Assembly: GCA_013265495.1 (NCBI GenBank)
Contig: MU058221.1
Location: 2,294,001-2,358,000, forward strand
Reading direction: 5' to 3'
Length of the DNA stretch: 64,000 nucleotides
Origin: Vicugna vicugna
Taxonomy: Eukaryota
Positions 12,929 to 25,500 of the stretch are shown in pieces. The notes beneath the pieces are model-generated. The model ran no database searches. It was not told where the DNA came from and was given only the letters and a program-made list of their open reading frames with translations. The position numbers and the translations under genes are program-made. Each line of letters starts with the position of its first letter. Within the stretch, counting starts at the first letter, position 1.

Positions 12929-13136
12929 CTAAAGTCAAGGAACATTTTTCTGTAAAGGGTTAGACAGTAAACATGTTTAGCATCACGGACCATTTGGTCT
13001 CTGGCACAGCGGCTGCAGCCTGAAAGCAGCCTTCGGTCTGTAGGTGGACGCCCACAGCTGTGTTCCAATAAAACTTTATTTGCAAAATCAAATCAAGGCC
13101 AGATTTGGCCCACCCATTGTAGTTTGCTGATCTGTG
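12929..13136. mobile_element. MER58A-like hAT DNA transposon
   Basis: tttttctgtaaagggttagacagtaaacatgtttag...gctgtgttccaataaaactttatttgcaaaa...ggccagatttggcccacccattgtagtttgctga. Confidence 0.85.
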
Positions 13137-13744
13137 TCCTAGCGTATGATACGGAAGTCTCACAAAGTTTTCATAAATTTCAACACATACTTTCTTTACC
13201 TGCCACTCATGAAAATGGATAAAATATATGAGCACTGGAGATTTCTTGGCCTTATGAGAGTAGATGGTCTTTCTGTTCCATGCTCCTTGAAAGTCTAAAT
13301 CACCCTCAAAGAGATCTTCTAATCTCCTGGTGGTTTATATTCTCAAGGTTATCTCTGCTGGCACGTTCAGATCCAGATTTGAATTTTAACCCACTTTATG
13401 ATTTTCATAAACCAGCAATCCAAAGCTCTAGCAATCAAACTTGGTCAAAGCGTGAGTGTGTCACTCCTTACTGAAGGCTTAGAGGAGAAAAGAGGAAGTT
13501 ATATTGCAAAATTGCAGGTAACTTCTAACTGAGCGTTACGCACTCCTAATTTGTAAATGTCTTTCTAAGCTGTCCCCAAGCTAGCAGGTCCCCATGGTCA
13601 GTTCTCCAGCATCGCCCTATGCTTACATGAATCTGCTTTCTCTCTCTTTCTTCCTCAGCAATTCAGATGTAAAACTCAAGCCTTCAGGGCGCTGCCTGCA
13701 GAGCAGCTTTGGTCGCCTTGGCTCTTGAAACAGGTCTACTGCCA

Positions 13745-14450
13745 TGTTGCTACCAAACTCAGGTTTGGCTGCTCGCTGCTCAAAAGCCAGTAATGGAGAG
13801 GCAAAGGCTGGTAGAAATGGAAGTGGCTTTAGTCAGAAAGCCTGCAATCTGGGGAGAAGGTGGGCTCACGTTCTGAGACCAGCTTCTAAGATTCTGCTCA
13901 ACCACAACCGTTTTCAGAGAGAAGAGGGGAAGTCAATCAGCAAGGTCGGAGGCCAGGTTCTCCAGCATTTTCCCCCGGCAGACAGACCTGCTGACTTCTC
14001 CTCGTCTTCCTTTGGGTGCTGTCCTGCCTACGACAGCTGCCTGCAATGGGATGCTGTCTTGCCTGCATGGTCCACCTGCACACTTGCTAAGGAGGACGCT
14101 GGGAGTGGAGAGTCAGCCATTATTTAACTCCTTAATTCTTCTTTCTTACTCCTTTTACCCCAGAAAATGTAACAACAGGTTAGGCAAGGCATTGTGTACA
14201 CTTAATACAGTATAAGTCAGGAGTTAGGTTAAAGGTTACCTGGTGATCTCATTTTTATAATTAAGGTTTAAGGGGAGCAGAAATAGACAAACAGGGAAGA
14301 GGCAACAGAGCTGCTTACAGATCCCCACTTCTCAGACATAATTCCATTTCTGTGGGGTTGGGGTGAAGGTCCGTCTCCTGTAACTTCTTCACGCTGACGT
14401 GGAAGATGTCAACGTGGGTCTGCAGCATCCCTTTGCTGACAGTTTAGCTG
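13745..14450 (-). mobile_element. ERV1-type 3' LTR (13745-14319) plus short internal remnant
   Basis: Bounded by tgttgctaccaaactcaggtttggctgctcgctgctcaaaagcc and gctgcttaca. Directly adjacent on the minus strand is a purine-rich TGAGAAGTGGGGATC (PPT-like, 14320-14334), followed by a gammaretroviral-like 3' internal motif. Confidence 0.72.
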
Positions 14451-15313
14451 CCCACTTTCATGTGTGGACAGAGAAAGCTGCAATTATTTTGATGTCCACA
14501 GAGATGTAGATTATTATGAGCAAAAACGTTGATTCCGTTCTCCCAAGGCCAGTTCTTGGAACTGTGCTGGCCACAGACCCAGTCCTGCAGGCTGGAGCAG
14601 TTTGCGTCGTGGCTGCTGTCTGGCCGTCGTGAGTCAGCCTTTCCCCTCCGGTGGTGGTTACAGTGTCTGTAAAGCAGCTCAGGAGTGTCGTCAGGTGCTG
14701 AGAGGTTCTGTGACGCCGTCATCTTCATCATTAGATGCTTGAGCCTGCTGTTTTGTGACCCAGGGAGATTTGAGGCACTTCACCTTTCCTGCACACATGA
14801 GGCAGGGCACACGGAGGGGCCTTTGCACCTGAGGGGCGTGGGGTGTGGGGTTCTGCTTCATCTCAGTGTTCTCCTGTTCTGCCCCATGCCACCTGCCCAG
14901 GCTTTCTACCGAACTGAAATGGTCCCCCTGACGTGGAGTTTGAGGGAGATGGGTCAGACGTTTTCCCCTGTGTTACATTCACAAGCTGTTGTCCAGGCGC
15001 TGGCATCCAGCATCCCATTTGCCCATCAGAGTCAAAGCCAAAAGTGACTAGGACTTCATAAATGTTACCTCTAGAAATGAATCTTCCTGCTGGCTCTTCC
15101 TGAAGTAGCATCTGATCACAGGTCAGTGTCGTCCAGAGCAATCTCTTTGTCTCCAGAGGAGATACCTGAAGCGCAGCAAGGAGAAATGACTTGCTTAAAG
15201 TCCAATGAGGATTTAAGGCATAAGACAAAAACCCAAGTCTAGAAATGTTTGTCACAGGAGGGCAAGTGTCTATCAGGTTATATACAAAATCACTATATAC
15301 CATTATTATTTTT

Positions 15314-15420
15314 TAATAATGTTTAAATTTTTTTTTAGTATTTCATTTTTGTTTTTAAGTGAAGATACTGGGGATTGAATCCAAGACCCTGTGCATGTTA
15401 AGCATGTGCTCTACCCCCCC
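15314..15420 (-). mobile_element. tRNA-derived SINE (Vic-1-like), A-box deleted, with TSD
   Basis: Minus strand ggggggggtagagcacatgcttaacatgcacagggtcttggattcaatccccagtatc. TSD ccattattattttt 15300-15313 / 15420-15433. Confidence 0.88.
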
Positions 15421-16249
15421 CATTATTATTTTTCAACGCAGATTTGTTTATAACTAGTTAGGACTTTTAGTAAGTCACTGCACTCATTATGTTTGTCAGT
15501 AATTAATTCTTCTAGTGATCAATTGTATAATAGTTCCTGTAATGGGATAATGAAAGTGTATGAGGAGAAGCTACGGCGGGACGTAAGCAGGTGTCTTTCA
15601 TTCTGGATCGGCAGAGGGCGTGGTTCTGGAGGGGCGCTGTGAATGGGGAAAGGGGAGAGCTCTCATAAAAGTGTTTCATTCTGTGATCTCCCATTTTTTA
15701 AAGCTTTCGTCCTCATCTCTTGAGACATATATTTCCTATCATAAAGGCTTATGCTTCTGTAACTTTTTATGTTTTTCAAAGTGCTGTCATATATCATTAA
15801 ATATCATATGCTCCTCCCCGAAGACCTAGAACCATAGTGAATGGACCAAGCTGTAAGTCACCTTAGAAGACCAGCTTGCCTTCATGACACCCAGACTGTG
15901 CCCTGCGGGTTCTCTCTAACTTAAACACATTACGAAGACACAAAGCCGGTCTCTCATTCTCTTTCTCTCTTTCCTTCTCCCACTCTTTCTCCCTCTCTTT
16001 CATAAGTACTGGCCAATGGTGATGAAAAGAAAAAACTTGGCAGACTCTGTCTGACTTCAGAGTGCCCCTTTCTGCAGATAGATGCACTGAATGAGATAAC
16101 AGCTTTGGAATTATCTTCGACCGACATTAAATTATTCAGCAAACATGGACATGCTCTTCATGCTGAGAATCTCTGAAAGACGGCTGCAGTGGTGAGAGGG
16201 GGCATCTAGAAACCCCGGGTGTGGGGTCGTCCGAAGTGTTCCTAGGAAG

Positions 16250-16252
<3 letters not shown>

Positions 16253-16284
<32 letters not shown>
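16253..16284. repeat. Poly(T) tract
   Basis: Uninterrupted T run of about 32 nt. Confidence 0.95.
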
Positions 16285-16287
<3 letters not shown>

Positions 16288-16475
16288 GTCCTTCACCTGT
16301 CTGGACCAAAAGCTGTTCAAGGAATCAACCAACTACCCTACCGTCTGGGTGTGTATTTAATTTTTATAAGCAGTGTGTAATGGATGGACACTAACAGCAT
16401 GCTTTCTGGGTGGTTTATAACAAATGATTCATTTTTTTTTCGTTCTCACCTCTTTTTAATGCCTGAATTTCCCTC

Positions 16476-17022
16476 TGTTACCCCAGAAAGGAGAAGGGAA
16501 AATACCCCAGTTCTTCTCATACCTGAGAGAGAAGAATTCAGACGGGAGATGGAGCATCACATAGCGAAAGAGTTTGAGGAATTTGTTTGGCAAAGGGAAG
16601 GTGCACCTCCAAGGACGGGAGGCGGGCTGATCCGAGGGAGGAGAAACCGGTGGTCTTTGTTTGCCCCTCCTCTTATACCCTCGCCTAGAGGTGGTCTTTT
16701 GATTGACGGCTCTTGTCCCTGGAATGCCTGGTCATGTCTGGCCCCTCTGCCCATGTCCTTACCCGTGGTGCACACAGAAAAACCCATGGAGGGGGTCCTA
16801 AACCGCAATGCTCGTTGTATTAACAATGAGCGTTGGGTCGTGTTTGGTGAAGTCCTTGTCGCTGCCACCTGTCGTGGCTGCCAGGGTCTAACTGGTTTCC
16901 TGCTGGCACTCCTTCAGAGGAGGTGAAGCCCCTCTGTGCTGAAGGCAGGCATCCCGCCTCACCAGACCTCCCTCTCCTCCACCTTATCTGCCCGGTGCCC
17001 CCACTTGTCTGACTACCTAACG
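16476..17022 (-). mobile_element. Solo ERV1-type LTR, family B
   Basis: tgttacccc...gactacctaacg; flanks CCTC/CTTC (4-bp TSD, 1 mismatch). Homologous along its length to 56319-56866 (gctcttgtccctgga..gcctggtcatgt..tgtccttaccc..ggtgc.cacagaaaa.cccatgg). Confidence 0.85.
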
Positions 17023-17384
17023 CTTCCCTGTGTGCTGTGAAAAAGCATGCTTTATGCCGCCCTGAAATCCCACAATACCCGTTTCTTTAAGTCTGTTTGT
17101 GTACCTGTTCTCTTTGTGCTTGAAATTAAACCAGCCCAACATTCTAATTGAAACGGAAGGAGCTTCAGCTTTAATCACTCTCAGGAATAGACGTGGCGAT
17201 GAGCAGGGCTCATTCGCAGCCGCTGCACCGAGGAACAGCGTCGTCAGGAGACTGGTCCTGACACCATGAGAGCTGTCACCCTGAAGTGCGCTCTGTCAGG
17301 GACGCTCGCCGCCCCACATCGTGGCTGTTTCTCCATCATCCATAGTTGAGAGGAGGGGGAGGAACAAGCACCTCCGTGGAACTA

Positions 17385-17580
17385 CACAGTGTGATGTGGT
17401 CAGGAAAGTAAAAGATGGCGAATCGGGAGACTTGAGTTTGCCTGCTGGCTCCCGCCTTCACTGGCTGCAGGACACTGGCCGAGTGACCCTCTGTTCCTCA
17501 GTGTTCTTGTCTGTGAAGCAAGGATGGTAATTCGCATCACGCCTAAGTGAGCAGTTTCTATGAGCGCTCAGCACTGCAGG
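17385..17580 (+). mobile_element. MIR SINE relic
   Basis: gaatcgggagacttgagtttg...ctctgttcctcagtgttcttgtctgtgaagcaaggatggtaa. Confidence 0.65.
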
Positions 17581-19202
17581 GTTGAAGGCTGTTAGGCGAC
17601 TTTGCCAGCCGAACTGCTGCCTGGCTGAATGGAAGTACGCATTCAGTGTGAGCTCCGTCTGATTCTCAGACCCCCCGTCTGATGGCATCACACAGCCAGA
17701 AGTAAAGCGGAAGGGAGAGAGAGCTGCAGCGGGAAAGACTAACCTCCATCCGTGCTGATCCGTGTCCACAGAACCCGTATCTGCCTCAGTGGATGGGCCC
17801 CCGCTGGGGAAAGCGCAGGATGGCGCCCCTCAGCAATTCAGAGTCACTTTAGCATCCGGAAGTCTCCGCAACAGCAAGCGCGTTGGGGATTTCATACCTC
17901 CTGCCCCCCCCCTTATTTTTAATGAAAAGAGATTGTGTTGGTTAAGAAAGAAAAAGTGAGAATTTTGTGGCCACAGAAAACTTCCGTCTTGTGGAGGAGC
18001 AGTGTTCACATTCAGTGTTAAAGAAATCATTAATTTATTCATCTACCCTTCGGGGGCACCAGTGAAGTGCTATGTACTGGCCTCGACCTTAGATGACAAG
18101 GCGCTCCCGTTGCCCCAGGGAGTCTGTCAGGGAGAGGGTTCCGGAGGCCGAGGGGCAGCGCTGGCCGTCGAGTCACTGTGGAGCGCAGCGCTGCTCGGAG
18201 GGGAGGGGAGGGAAGTCCCGAGATCCTCGGCTGTGGAGGGAGGAACCTTCCACACATGCCAAGCAAGAGGCTGAGAAAGTGGAAGGAAGCAGGGCCGCGT
18301 GTCAGGGAAAGAGGCTGATTTCTGGAGTGTGTGGTTTGTGGTCATCTGTTTGATTAATGGCTCTTGAAGAGATATTGTTAACTGTGTGAGCAAATCGGTC
18401 CTGAAAAGTGAGTGTGCTTCCTGACCGGTGGGAATAAATATAGATTTCTCTCCATGTGGTTGAATTAAGGGATCAGGGAATTAAGAAATCTCTATCTCTT
18501 AGTAGAAATTAACTTGAAAGAATAACTCACTCCTCTTATGCATTTACTGGGATTTCTTGGTGCCTTTTCGTTGGTTTGTTTTTTACTGATTCATGTTTAA
18601 TGGGGGCCCAGAGAGACATCTGCAGCTGAATTTGTTAGGAGCCACTTTCAATTAAAGTTCATTTGTGATGGAGATAAATGATAATCTGAGTTAACAGGAA
18701 AGCAGTGGCAGTGTTGCCGTAAAGATGATTTACACAAAATAACTTCGGAGACTTCCCAGTGCAGAAATTAAGGTACCTCTATGATTAAGCCCCAGACTTC
18801 TAAAGCCTCTCTCTGAATTTGATGTACAGGGTGCAAATAAGGAAAAGGGTCCTTGGTCCTATTTGAAAATGACTTCCTGTGAAAGTCTGCAAGGCACTGA
18901 CCTTGGGCCAACCAGGAGATAACAAGGCGCTTGCTGCTGGACTTTCTACCTTTTGTTACATTGTCCTCCCAGCCTCCAGCTTTCCTAGTGGGTAAACTCT
19001 TCTGGAATACAAGTTTCATTAGAGTGGAGGGTGAGCGAGTGGAATCCTGTCTCTGTGCTGTAGCCACACGCAGCATCGGAAATAGTTCCTGGCACTAATG
19101 GGTCAGTGGGCAACTATACTCAGTGTGTGATCGGACGGATGGAGGAGTGTGTGAATGTGATAAACAAGTGAAAGAATAAACTGGTTGTTCTCTCTGAACA
19201 CA

Positions 19203-19387
19203 CTTTTAATATATGTATATTTTCATTGAAGTATAGTCAGTTTACAATGAGTCAATGTCTGGTGCACAGCACAGTGCTTCAGTCATACATGAATATACGT
19301 ATATTTGTTTTCATATTCTTTTTCACCATAAGTTTCTACAAGATGCTGAATATAGTTCCCTGTGCTGTACAGCATGAACTTGTTGTT
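19203..19387 (-). mobile_element. Young L1 3' end with TSD
   Basis: attgaagtatagtcagtttacaatgagtcaatgtctggtgcacagc...aatatagttccctgtgctgtacagcatgaacttg. TSD tctctgaaca 19191-19200 / 19388-19397. Confidence 0.9.
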
Positions 19388-19424
19388 TCTCTGAACATAT
19401 TAATTTAACTCTGTAAATAAACTG

Positions 19425-19552
19425 GTGGAAACTCTAAGAAAAATGTTGAGACCTGAATCTCCCATCCCAGACGCTTCTTATGTAATTGGCCTTGGGTGTG
19501 GCCCAGAGGGGTTGAGATTTTAAATCTTCCCAGATGGTTCTGTTTTGCAGGT
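19425..19552. mobile_element. MER5-like hAT relic
   Basis: cccatcccagacgcttcttatgtaattggccttgggtgtggcccagag..gattttaaatcttcccagatggttctg. Confidence 0.5.
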
Positions 19553-22200
19553 GCAGATGGAATCAAGGTGGTGGCCCTGCCTCAGAGGGCCTGGGACCTC
19601 TTGTTTCTGCTCCTTTTCATCCGAGACGCTGCCTTTCCACTGGGTGCCAACAGTGATGCTCTTGAGAAGACGTATCAGTTCTGTTTTAACTTCTGATTCC
19701 CTCCTGTCACTGTCACCGTAGGCCAGGGACTCATTTCATCTACACTGCGAAATCGTGCAGGTCACTTAACTTACTCGAACCTCAGAATTTGGATCTGTAA
19801 AACCGGTGTCATGATCTCTGCCTTTGCCCATCTCACCAAGTTTTTGAGACATAACAGTTAAAATAGGAAATGCAGAAATGTTTGAAAACTGTAAAGTGTT
19901 TTAGAATGGAAACAATTGTTTATTACAGAAAAGCAGAACTATTTTACTAATCAATTTGTAATTTTAAGGGCGTGGAGTTTGAAAGTACTTTAGAATGGCA
20001 TGGGGTTTGGTTTCAGAAAACAAGAGATGTGTCCCAGATTCCCAGATCTGTTATCTACTCTTCTTAGTAGACAGAACCGCAGAAACTCTTTGAGCTTCAG
20101 TCTCAGGGATACCACCCTTCTCAGGAGGCTGCGGGAACTGGATGAGCGCATGTGTGAGAAGCGCGTTGTGAGCTGCGGAGCGCTGTGTCCGTGTTTGTTC
20201 TGTTGCCGTGGCAATCATGTCTCCTGCCTCTAGAACTGGCTTCCATTAGCTCATGACTGATCAGCCACCTCTGCTGACTTAGGGCATCTCGTCCCGACTC
20301 CTGATTCAGGGAGTTGAAATCGGCCGTGGCAGGTATATCTCTACCACAGAAGTCAGCACACGGTACTGATTCGGGCTTTCTTTTTGTTTCTCTATTCTTT
20401 TCTTTTCTTTTTTTCTTCTGAGATCCAGTTTACCAGCACACCACTACTTGTATCTAAAGATATGTGACATTATGAGAGTCAAAAAGTAGATCCTCAGTTA
20501 ATCCTGGGTGCCTTGAGTAAGTGAAGCTGAGGCGTGGTGGAAACCAAGAAGACAGCAGTGGGTGTAGTCCTCGCAATACCGAGTATCTGTTTGTGGAGAA
20601 GAAATTGTAGTTGCTTAACGTAGGCAGAAAGCAAACATTGTTTCTCTCTGACCTATTCAGACACCACAGAGGCGTGTACCATCGGCTACAATAAACTGAG
20701 GATCCCCCAGTGCGTCAGTTCCCTGAAGCCGACCAGTCAGCTTGGATTTCTCAAGCCAAAATGACATTGGTTTTCTCTTTAGAAAATCTCTTCTGTCCTA
20801 AGGAAGTTCTTATTTTCTTGACAGGCCATTTATTTTTGTTTGTCGCTGATGGTTGCAGCCTCTGTCAGCCATCACGCCGATGACAACTGGGCCTCTCTTG
20901 CCCGGAGAACCGGCGCAGAGACTCCTCCTGTCCTTGTCATCGGCACCGAGGGGTGGCGCATCCTGAGCTAGCCCTGCTGAGTCCAAGGCTGCTCTCCACT
21001 TCTGTGCTCCCTTGCTTGTTCTGACCTAACCAAGTGACATGTCTAATTGGGTCCAAACACAGGCCATTTCACAGACCAGCTAGAGCCTTTGTGGGGCCAG
21101 GCAGTTAGCACCCTGTCATTCTGCATCTTCTTATCCTCGAAGGACCTCACCGTTTCCTGAAAACGTGGTGGTTACAAGTGGCTCATCCGGGCATGGGCCA
21201 CGCACTGTTACGACAGCAAGTTAAAAAAAGAGCGAGACGCCGCTGTCCCTGCTAGAAATTAGCCAGGTGCGCCGTTATGCAAGGAGCTCGAGCTAGAGAG
21301 CACAGAAATTAAAATGACAATGGAATGGTGTCTTACGCAGCACTCTGCAAATATGGTATTTTCATTTGTGGTATTGTACCAGCCAAGCATTTCAGGCAGA
21401 AATGGTAATGGGATTTGCAGAAAGGCCCAGGGGAAGCAAATGAGGACACTGCAATGGAGATGTTCTGGAGCCTCCTCCTGCTGCACCAGTCGAAGGCCTC
21501 TTGTCCACGAGGGGGCTCGTGGCAGGTGGAGGCGTCTGGCTGCCTTCTGTCTCCCGGAACGTTGCAGGTCAGCGGCGTTCACAGCACGTGGTCTAGGGAG
21601 GGAAAGTAGAGGAAGAGAGATTGTCCATTGGCAGTGGTGTTGAATATAGAGTTTTCATTGGCAAGTCCCTGTATGACTTCTTTTTTTCATTTCACTCAGA
21701 ACTGATCAGATGGAAAAGCCAGAATTATGATTACCTCACAGGCTCACAGGGGATTGATTGCTCAATGATTGTCCATATTATATATAAGTAATTGACAACA
21801 AGGTGGTGTTCATCGTTCCACTAATTACTCTTCTCTACGTTGCAGGGAACCCCTTTTCAGGTAGTAAGATAAAAATAATCCATTTTGAAGTCAAAAGTTT
21901 CTCGTGTCTCTGTTTTTCTATTTTTTTCTTCTCAACTTGCCCATTTCCATTCTGAATTTGGCATGTTCTGCTTTGCCACATGGACCATGCGCCTTCTAAA
22001 AGCAAGTAGAGGAAAAGGAATTTGGGAAGTGTGAACACAGTGTTTCCATTTGTCTGAATTTTATTTCTGTTTGCTATTTGCCTTGGTATCCTGTGGACCG
22101 ACCGAAGTGAGGCAGCCTCCCCAGGGCACCTGAGCAAGTCCTTAAAGGGCCCACTTCCCTGTGGTCAGAAGTGTGGGAATGAGCAGTGCCCCGTCCTTAC

Positions 22201-22253
22201 CTAAGAATACGTAGACATAATACAGTTATCTAAGAATATGTAGACATGATACA
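22201..22253. repeat. 29-bp tandem duplication
   Basis: ctaagaatacgtagacataatacagttat followed by ctaagaatatgtagacatgataca. Confidence 0.9.
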
Positions 22254-22759
22254 AGAGCTTTCATGTTGGGACTGGAATCCTTTGATCAATGGCCTGTGAC
22301 TGTGTTGCTTGCCGATGCCTGGTGGTCCTGCAGATGAATGGGTTAGGGTCTGGAGTCTTAATAAACTCTTTCCCCAAAGACCACCATATGCCACACTCCA
22401 GTAGCTGCCAGTGGAAATGACTGTCCACAGCCACGTGGTCTAAGTAACTGAATTACTTCATCTGTGCGATACACCCACCAAAAGTGTTCCCCTCACATTA
22501 AAATAATAAATTATTTACTGAAGGTTGAAGGCAGTGCTAGTTTTGCGGTGGCGAGCGAACTGTTCCTTACCTTTATTCCCAGAAGAAACATGTCTGTAGT
22601 TACGTCCTTCCCGATCTGCCTTCTCTCTCCTTTATCTTGTCGAGTGAAAAGTAGACAGTTCAACAGAGTGTGACGTTTCAAAGTGTAAGTGTGACGAGAC
22701 CTACCACTTCAGCATTCGAACCCTGGTCACTGACAATTAATGATGCGGGTTTGTATGGC

Positions 22760-23250
22760 CCTCATTCATTTATTCAGTGTTTGTTTAACTGAGCGCCCAC
22801 CACGTGGCAGGCATGGATCTAGGCTCTGGGGATACAAGGCTGAGTCAGAGAAGACATGATCGTCTCCGTAGGGAGCTTAATGCCAAGTTCAGAAGCAGCC
22901 GCCGCTGTCATAACCCTACATGCAGGATATAATGCTTGTAAGGAAATTTAAGAGAGAGAATTCAAGTGCAAGCTGGGATAAGGCAGGATTTGACCTGGGA
23001 CCGAAAGCACAAATAAGAATCAGCTAGTTGAGCGGAAACGGGGAAGGGAGAGGAAGGGAAAAATTCCAGTAAGGAGACCACGGGAGGTGCTTCTTTCTGG
23101 GAAGCGAGAGCGCTGGCGTGGCGGTGAGGCGGGAAACCGCATCTAGAGGCGGGCGAGACAGACGAGGTCCAGATGATGCTGACGTTTGTAGGCCTTTTAA
23201 ACAATTTTGGTTTTTATTCTTCTAACAAAATCTTAAAGGTTTTAGAGGGA
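22760..23250 (-). mobile_element. L2 LINE relic
   Basis: ctcattcatttattcagtgtttgtttaactgagcgcccaccacgtggcaggcatggatctaggctctggggatacaagg (L2 3' end) followed by degenerate body. Confidence 0.75.
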
Positions 23251-23429
23251 CATCATCCCCCTGGGGGAACTGGGACCTTAAAGGAGTCCACGGCGCCCCT
23301 GAAGTGGAAAGACAGTTCTGGAGTCTTGTTATGACCCAGTGACTGCTAGATCCTGTCCACTGGTAGGTGCCAAAGGCCGTAAGGGGCACTGTCCCTAACC
23401 CAGGTCACTCAATTATAGAAAATGTGGCA

Positions 23430-23522
23430 TCATGGACATCTTTTGGGGAGAAATGGTCCAAAACTTTCACTGAATCCTCGGAAGGGTACATGACAAAGGA
23501 AAAAAAAAATTAGAACCTTTGT
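23430..23522. mobile_element. hAT-Charlie-like terminal fragment
   Basis: ttttggggagaaatggtccaaaactttcactgaatcctcggaagggtacatgac...ttagaacctttg resembles a Charlie/MER terminal sequence. Confidence 0.5.
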
Positions 23523-25074
23523 CTAAAGGAACTCACAAACGCAATATGGTTCAACATTTTGCATCTCCTATAATTTTATTTTTTTTCTTGTTTTTGTGAT
23601 ACAGTTTTACTATTTCTAATATTCAAAATGAATACTGGCTAATGACTTAGGAAGTGGTTGGTGGTTGTTACCAGAGTTAATGAGTGTAGTAAGTGCCTAG
23701 AACGTTCTCTGAGTTCCATTCTGTAACGTGCGTGTGCGTCGTATTTCTGTGATTACTTCTTAATGAAAGTTTCTTCTGGCCAAAGGGCAGGTGATTACTC
23801 CCTTCAACTGTGGATCCAGACTCTTTTTTTTTTTTTCAGGGCTTCTGACTGTAGACTGGCCCCTTCTGCTCTGTGAGCCACCAAACCAGACTTCCCTCAG
23901 TTTTTGATGCCAAAGTTTCATTCCTGTTTAGTTCCATGACAGGGGCACAGGGTCCATTAAGATGCTGGCTACTTGAAGGTCGTGTTCTAAGCTGCACCAT
24001 TTATAGCCGTGATTAGGACTGGAGTGCAGAGTGATTTGGGAGGCCTCAATGTCTCTCTCTCTCTCTCGCTCTTACTATATTTCCACATGGCTTCAGGCTT
24101 TTAGGGGCTATTTCTTGCAGATAAAATACTTTCTAATGTCATATGACCCATTGATCAGTTGCACAGTGACTCTGGGTATCTATGGCAACACTTTTGTGCA
24201 AATTACTGTACCAAGAAGTCCAGGACCTGCAGTCTGCACCCTCAGAAATGTGTGTCGGCCTCCTACTATGTGTCAGACAGTGGAGATACAGAATTATAAC
24301 TCACAGTCCCTGTCCCCAGGGGTCTTACAGTCTCCTTGGGTGTGAATGGACATATTTAATAAATGATTGCAATGGATTATGTTAATGAATGTCATAGATA
24401 CATATGATCTCACCCGATCAATATTTACTGATTGTTATGGACAATATAAAGTTGGGTAAGAGGAGAATGCTGGGGGCACCTGAAGAGCCCTTTTCAATAA
24501 AATGTGACGAATACTTGGATGTGAATCTGCAGGCAGGAGAGAGCCTCACTTAGCACAGGGCTGGGAAAGCGCACGCCCGCTTTAAGTCTTGCGGAGGAGA
24601 AGCAGAGGAGGCCCAGGGGAGCGCCACCCGGGCCCGCCGTAGCATGGGCGTGCAGGAGTGACAGCACGTGGCGGGGGACGCAGGAACTCGGAGGGAGGGG
24701 GCGCTGCGTCCTCTTCCACCAAAGCAAGTTTCTCAAAGACCCCAGTGGAGTTGTCCTTATTGGCGAGATGTGGGAAGCCATTCCGGGAGGAGGGAGCAGC
24801 TGTTGCAAAGTCATGAGACGGGGAATACAAGGCGTGTTCAGGGGGCGGCAGGTGGTTTCCCGCCGCGGGTAGGAGGGGCGGGTAGGGCGGAGCCGGGTGA
24901 GGAATCAGCATTCTCAAACACATGGGAGTCGTTCCGTTGGTGAAAAGTTGTATCTTGGAGTAATGTAGTAAGTAGCAGTGGGGACGGCTCCTGCTCTCGG
25001 GCATATGAGGGGGCACAGAGATGAGAGATGCCGTGACCAGGAAGTCACACAACAATGTGTCGCCCCCCCCCCCC

Positions 25075-25500
25075 GACAGCTGTTGACTGATCTGCTCTGC
25101 CGGCCCCGTTCACAGGTACTGGGGATTCAGCAGTGGAGGGAACGAGCCAAAATCTCATTCTGCTGGAGCTTGCATCCAAGTTGGGGCAGAGACACGGTGA
25201 CCAACCTGAGTGAGCAAGTGTGCAGCGTGCCCCTTAGCAGTACATGCACAGGAGCAAGCAGAGCGGGCGAGGAGGTGGGAAGTGAGCTGGGGGTATTGTG
25301 GCAGTTTAGACCAGCTGTCTAGGGAAGGTCTCACCGAGGAGGTGACAATGAGTGAAGACCCAAAGGAGGTGAGGGAACAAGCCAGGAGGACCGACCTGGG
25401 AAAGAGCATTCCAGGCAGAAGGAAAGAAGCAGGTGCAAAACCTGGAGGGAGGAGCATCTGGGTCCTTTTACAGATAACAGTGCGGCCGGACTGAGGAAAG
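25075..25500 (-). mobile_element. L2 LINE relic
   Basis: agggaaggtctcaccgaggaggtgacaatgagtgaagacccaaaggaggtgagggaacaagcc...ctgggaaagagcattccaggcagaaggaa. Confidence 0.8.

Noticed and set aside
16384..16926. 180-aa ORF (+)
   Set aside because: Lies mostly antisense within a solo LTR; not gag, pol or env-like.
21846..21860. 15-nt microexon or recursive splice site (ttgcag|GGAACCCCTTTTCAG|gtagta)
   Set aside because: The acceptor is plausible but the GTAGTA donor is weak; such matches are common by chance.
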